Below, in pieces: positions 8,702 to 11,597 of a stretch of 11,597 bases of DNA. Below the pieces are notes generated by a model. The model was given only the letters and a program-made list of their open reading frames with translations. It was not told the DNA's origin and ran no database searches. The first letter of the stretch is position 1, and the number at the start of each line of letters is the position of its first letter. The stretch comes from Amoeboradix gromovi X-113 (taxonomy: Eukaryota; Fungi; Sanchytriomycota): contig JADGIF010000290.1 of the NCBI GenBank assembly GCA_018985225.1, positions 1 through 11,597 on the forward strand, written 5' to 3'. The position numbers and the translations under genes are program-made.

Positions 8702-9059
8702 TTAAAAGTCCTGATTTCCGACAAAATCGAGAATTTCCACAGAGAAACTAATGCTAGATGCTCCGTTACAGTGACTGCTCACGCTTTCGCTACCCTGAGG
8801 CGGAATTGAATAAGGATGCAGATACTTGATGTATATGTTCCTTGCAGCCATATGGTCTCTATCTATCTCCAAATGAAAATTGGTACAATTGTAGGTTTCT
8901 AAGCTGGTTCTCTTTAAGGTAGCATACCTCGTATATGGCATCGAATTTGTTCCTTGGTGCCATGTGGTCCATTTCGACTTCCAAATGACACTATATACAT
9001 GAATAGCTCTCCAAATTGGTTTTCTTAAGGGTGCCACATATTGTACATGGCATCGAATT
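8702..9059 (-). pseudogene. tnpB: TnpB/Fanzor2-like nuclease C-terminal fragment (zinc ribbon, RuvC-III, tail); non-functional
   Basis: CxxCG-x11-CxxC followed by DRDxxAARNI is the canonical TnpB/Fanzor C-terminal signature. RuvC-I/II are absent, and there is an internal stop and a frameshift. Confidence 0.85.
8836..9059. repeat. Degenerate tandem duplication, 2 x 112 nt (8836-8947 and 8948-9059)
   Basis: Both units begin TGTTCCTTG and end ATGGCATCGAATT; ungapped identity 79/112. Confidence 0.9.
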
Positions 9060-9646
9060 TTCGTGTTTGGACCAGCTTATCAGTCTGAGACGAATGTATG
9101 CTGTACCTGCTAGTTATTTCTTTAGAATTGACTTACCATTGCGAAAAGAATATCGAGTATATAAGCTATTAGAAAGATCTGAAAAAGTCTTAAATTATAC
9201 AAAAATGCATACAAATTCGCGATAAATGATTTATTCAAGAAAACAATCGAGCTGTTTAAGGGTTCTCGCCTTTCAACTGCTGGAATCTAGCCAAAATTTT
9301 TAAAAAATAAACAGCTCTTCAACTAGTCGTATTATTTCTGTGCTGTTTTTATGTGCGCTTTTTAATGGACCTAATTTCGTATATCGGATAACTAGGAGTT
9401 AAGGAGATCTGCCATGGGCAGAGTGCTTCTACAAGGCAGCCTTTTGTTATACTATTACAGAGCATAGCATGCTTAGAGTTGCGCTTATCAGAAATATCAT
9501 ACAGATATCAACTCACACAAAAATGTGCTTAATCGAATTTACTTTCTTTGGTTGAGCATTTAAAGCATCAAGCACATTACTAAGGGCTCGCCGTTGCTGC
9601 ACACTTTGCTTTCATAAAAGTTTCTCAGTCTACTAAAACTAATTTA

Positions 9647-9988
9647 TTAAAATATTTGCCTGGAATTTGGCACATGTCTCTTAGGAATAGTAATTCTTAA
9701 TAAGTTATTTACCATTTCAGCCTTTGCATCATCCATGATAGCATCATGGAATTGGAATGTGCGACACCCGTTTCTTATCTCTCGAACAATATCATGTCCA
9801 TCTTCTGACGATGGATATTTTGAACAAATCCTCAATCGCCCATCCTCAATCTCTACACTTGCATATTGTTTCGCAGATATTGTGGTCTGAATCACATACT
9901 CATTGTCATTTTTCCCAACGTTAACAGGTATTGATGGTGATATGGCATCTACAAAATTTCCAAAGAACTCATCCGCCAAAAAATTCAT
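9647..9988 (-). CDS. Small heat-shock protein (HSP20/alpha-crystallin domain), divergent
   Basis: PVNV...DNEYVI, VEIEDGRLRI, REIRNG..RTFQF and AKAEMVNNLLRITIPK follow the ACD consensus (A.y.nGvL.I.iPK). Confidence 0.82.
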   Translation of the reverse strand: MNFLADEFFGNFVDAISPSIPVNVGKNDNEYVIQTTISAKQYASVEIEDGRLRICSKYPSSEDGHDIVREIRNGCRTFQFHDAIMDDAKAEMVNNLLRITIPKRHVPNSRQIF

Positions 9989-9994
9989 ACAGTC

Positions 9995-10012
9995 GGAGTT
10001 TCTAGAAAATCT
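9995..10012. promoter_or_regulatory. Possible heat-shock element upstream of HSP20
   Basis: GGA-gt-TTC-ta-GAA-aa-TCT: two perfect and two imperfect alternating nGAAn units, 7-24 nt before the HSP20 ATG. It is unusually close to the start codon. Confidence 0.3.
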
Positions 10013-10120
10013 TTTTTACAATTTCTGCATCGTAAGGATACTCTATAAATTCTCATGCATATCTGTTAACCGGTATCAGAACTATTGTTCAGAGCTTCTC
10101 CATAGTTTTATAAATTCTCG

Positions 10121-11347
10121 ATGTTGGACCTGGTAGTTTTATTCGTGATATGTATATCGCTAACGCTTGATCCTTCCAATATCCCTAAAAGTTTGAGAAA
10201 GTACTCTCCAAGCCCATCTGGTTGTCCAGAGGAGAGGTACTCTATAGTTTTCGATGCTGGCTCAACTGGCTCTCGTGTCCATGTCTACCAGTTTTGTGGT
10301 GAACTAAAAAGTGAAGTATTTGAACAGGTGAAGCCCGGTTTAAGCAAGTTGGGACCAGATTTGGGTGGTGAATCTTTGATTGATTTGCTCCAAATAGCAC
10401 ATGATAGGATTCCAAGGAACCTTCATCATTGCACACCGATTCAATTACAGGCTACTGCTGGTCTCAGACTGCTGCCAGATAATGGCTTATCCATCCTAAC
10501 CAGCTTAAAATCTCTTTTTGCTCTCTATCCATTTTTAATTCTAGATATAAAAGTTATGAGCGGTTTGGATGAGGCCTTGTTTGCTTGGTTAACTGTGAAC
10601 TATTTGGCTGAAAACTTCAGGAACACGGCTGCAATAATTGATCTAGGCGGTGCTTCAACTCAAATTGTATTTGAGCATGCGGATCACACAACTTCTTTCA
10701 AATTTCAGAAAGATTTCAATTTGTACGCAAACTCATTCTTGGGCTACGGTCTACACTCAGCGATTGACACTGTTCGTGAGAGCCTTGGAGTCAGTGAAAA
10801 TCCATGCTTAGGTGCTGGCCAGACTGATGACTTTTCTAAAAATGCAAAAAGATTGACATTTTATGGTCCTCCTGAAGGTACTGCTAGAGGCAAAATTTGT
10901 AGAGATATGATAAGGACCAAACTATTTCTAAATCATCGCAACTGCGATAAAAGTCAAACTGACCCATGTAGAATGAATGTGCATTTCCCTGATATATCAG
11001 AATTCAAGAACGATTTGTATGCGTTTTCCTATATTTATGATTTGGTACACCTAGAAGGTATGAGCGCGAAAGATGTAATGAAGGTATCCGAAATAATTGA
11101 AATTCAAAATGAACTTTGCGATTTTAGTAAGACCGACGGCCTAATTAGGAACTTAGACAAGCTAAGACTAAAAGAGCCTATGGCATGTATGCAGCTATCT
11201 TATGTTGTAGAATTATTGACCACAGGATACGGATTGAATCCTGACAGGAAGTTGCACATTATCAAAAAGTTGAAAGATATGGAGACAGGATGGGCCCTAG
11301 GAGCTGCGTTGAAAAGTTTAGATGTTGTGGAAAGTTGCAATAAATAA
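10121..11347 (+). CDS. GDA1: GDA1/CD39 family nucleoside diphosphatase (Golgi GDPase-like, N-terminal membrane anchor)
   Basis: All five apyrase conserved regions: DAGSTGSRVHVY, ATAGLRLL, GLDEALFAWLTVNY, DLGGASTQI, GWALGA; hydrophobic N-terminus. Confidence 0.92.
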   Translation: MLDLVVLFVICISLTLDPSNIPKSLRKYSPSPSGCPEERYSIVFDAGSTGSRVHVYQFCGELKSEVFEQVKPGLSKLGPDLGGESLIDLLQIAHDRIPRNLHHCTPIQLQATAGLRLLPDNGLSILTSLKSLFALYPFLILDIKVMSGLDEALFAWLTVNYLAENFRNTAAIIDLGGASTQIVFEHADHTTSFKFQKDFNLYANSFLGYGLHSAIDTVRESLGVSENPCLGAGQTDDFSKNAKRLTFYGPPEGTARGKICRDMIRTKLFLNHRNCDKSQTDPCRMNVHFPDISEFKNDLYAFSYIYDLVHLEGMSAKDVMKVSEIIEIQNELCDFSKTDGLIRNLDKLRLKEPMACMQLSYVVELLTTGYGLNPDRKLHIIKKLKDMETGWALGAALKSLDVVESCNK

Positions 11348-11520
11348 ATCTATTAATTTACAAAGTAAAACAACGACTTTCCAAAATGTTAGCTGAAATC
11401 CTTTGCTCTGACATTTGTAAAACCTTTTAGAGGCCGATGTCAAGATTAGGCCTTCTTAAAGTTGTACAGCTAGCTAACAAATGCCCAGCATTACAACTAG
11501 CAAATTTACTAGAAAATATC

Positions 11521-11597
11521 CATATGGGACATCAAATATAAAAACTGGACTAACTTTCTGTAACAACTTGGAACATTATTTCAGCTTTATTACTTTA
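11521..11597 (+). repeat. Young repeat end running off the window; inverted copy of 66-136
   Basis: CATATGGGACATCAAATATAAAAACTGGACTAACTTTC... is 70/72 identical to the reverse complement of 66-136. Confidence 0.9.

Larger units (their letters stand above)
8678..9238 (-). mobile_element. Copy B: internally deleted IS607/Fanzor2-like element with a duplicated TnpB C-terminal segment
   Basis: Minus strand: left end TTGAATAAA (9238-9230), CTCGAT (9157-9152), TnpA scraps VQHTFVS / LISWSKH / KIRC (about 9106-9050, with frameshifts), then CTICGTLKKTNLESYSCI*CHLEVEMDHMAPRN, then CTNFHLEIDRDHMAARNIYIKYLHPYSIPPQG...NQDF* ending at 8702. Confidence 0.88.

Noticed and set aside
8702-9037. 111-aa ORF as a functional mini-nuclease gene
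   Set aside because: It starts at GTG, its first third is an out-of-frame reading of the duplicated 112-nt unit, three of four zinc cysteines are lost in this frame, and RuvC-I/II are absent. It is a pseudogene fragment.
8836-9059. Third-position bias (17 of 33 mismatches) between tandem units as evidence of selection; also a CRISPR-like array
   Set aside because: The sample is small and both units carry inactivating changes. There are only two coding-derived units and no repeat-spacer structure.
1414-10436. Short ORFs 1414-1617, 5292-5486, 5552-5806, 6272-6517, 6411-6680, 9903-10136, 10242-10436
   Set aside because: Antisense or overlapping shadows of well-supported genes, with no motifs of their own.
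66-11592. One giant TIR transposon carrying all the genes
   Set aside because: The cargo is housekeeping (including YSH1), no intact transposase is present, and the sharp repeat boundaries face inward, which fits two independent insertions better.

Overview
AT-rich, gene-dense eukaryotic DNA that looks fungal (or a close relative), with short intergenic regions and AATAAA at or just after most stop codons. It holds seven ordinary genes: a Gvp36-like BAR protein, an SDR oxidoreductase, an AVT3/AVT4-type amino-acid transporter, CPSF73/Ysh1, a Cys-rich single-pass membrane protein, an HSP20 and a GDA1/CD39 apyrase. Two of them seem to need ultra-short (19-21 nt) introns. The main hidden signal is intergenic: five decayed copies of one IS607-like element (serine-recombinase TnpA plus TnpB/Fanzor2-type nuclease) at about 135-280 (+), 2288-2779 (-), 4234-4486 (+), 6886-7358 (-) and 8678-9238 (-). 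Three copies are ~0.5 kb internal-deletion derivatives. They keep a shared left end (TTGAATAAA...CTCGAT), a piece of the TnpA N-terminus, the TnpB RuvC-III region (zinc finger in two) and a conserved hairpin-containing 3' end that is a candidate omegaRNA scaffold. A separate young repeat (70/72 nt identical, inverted) sits at both window edges. All alignments and counts were done by eye; no database searches were run.
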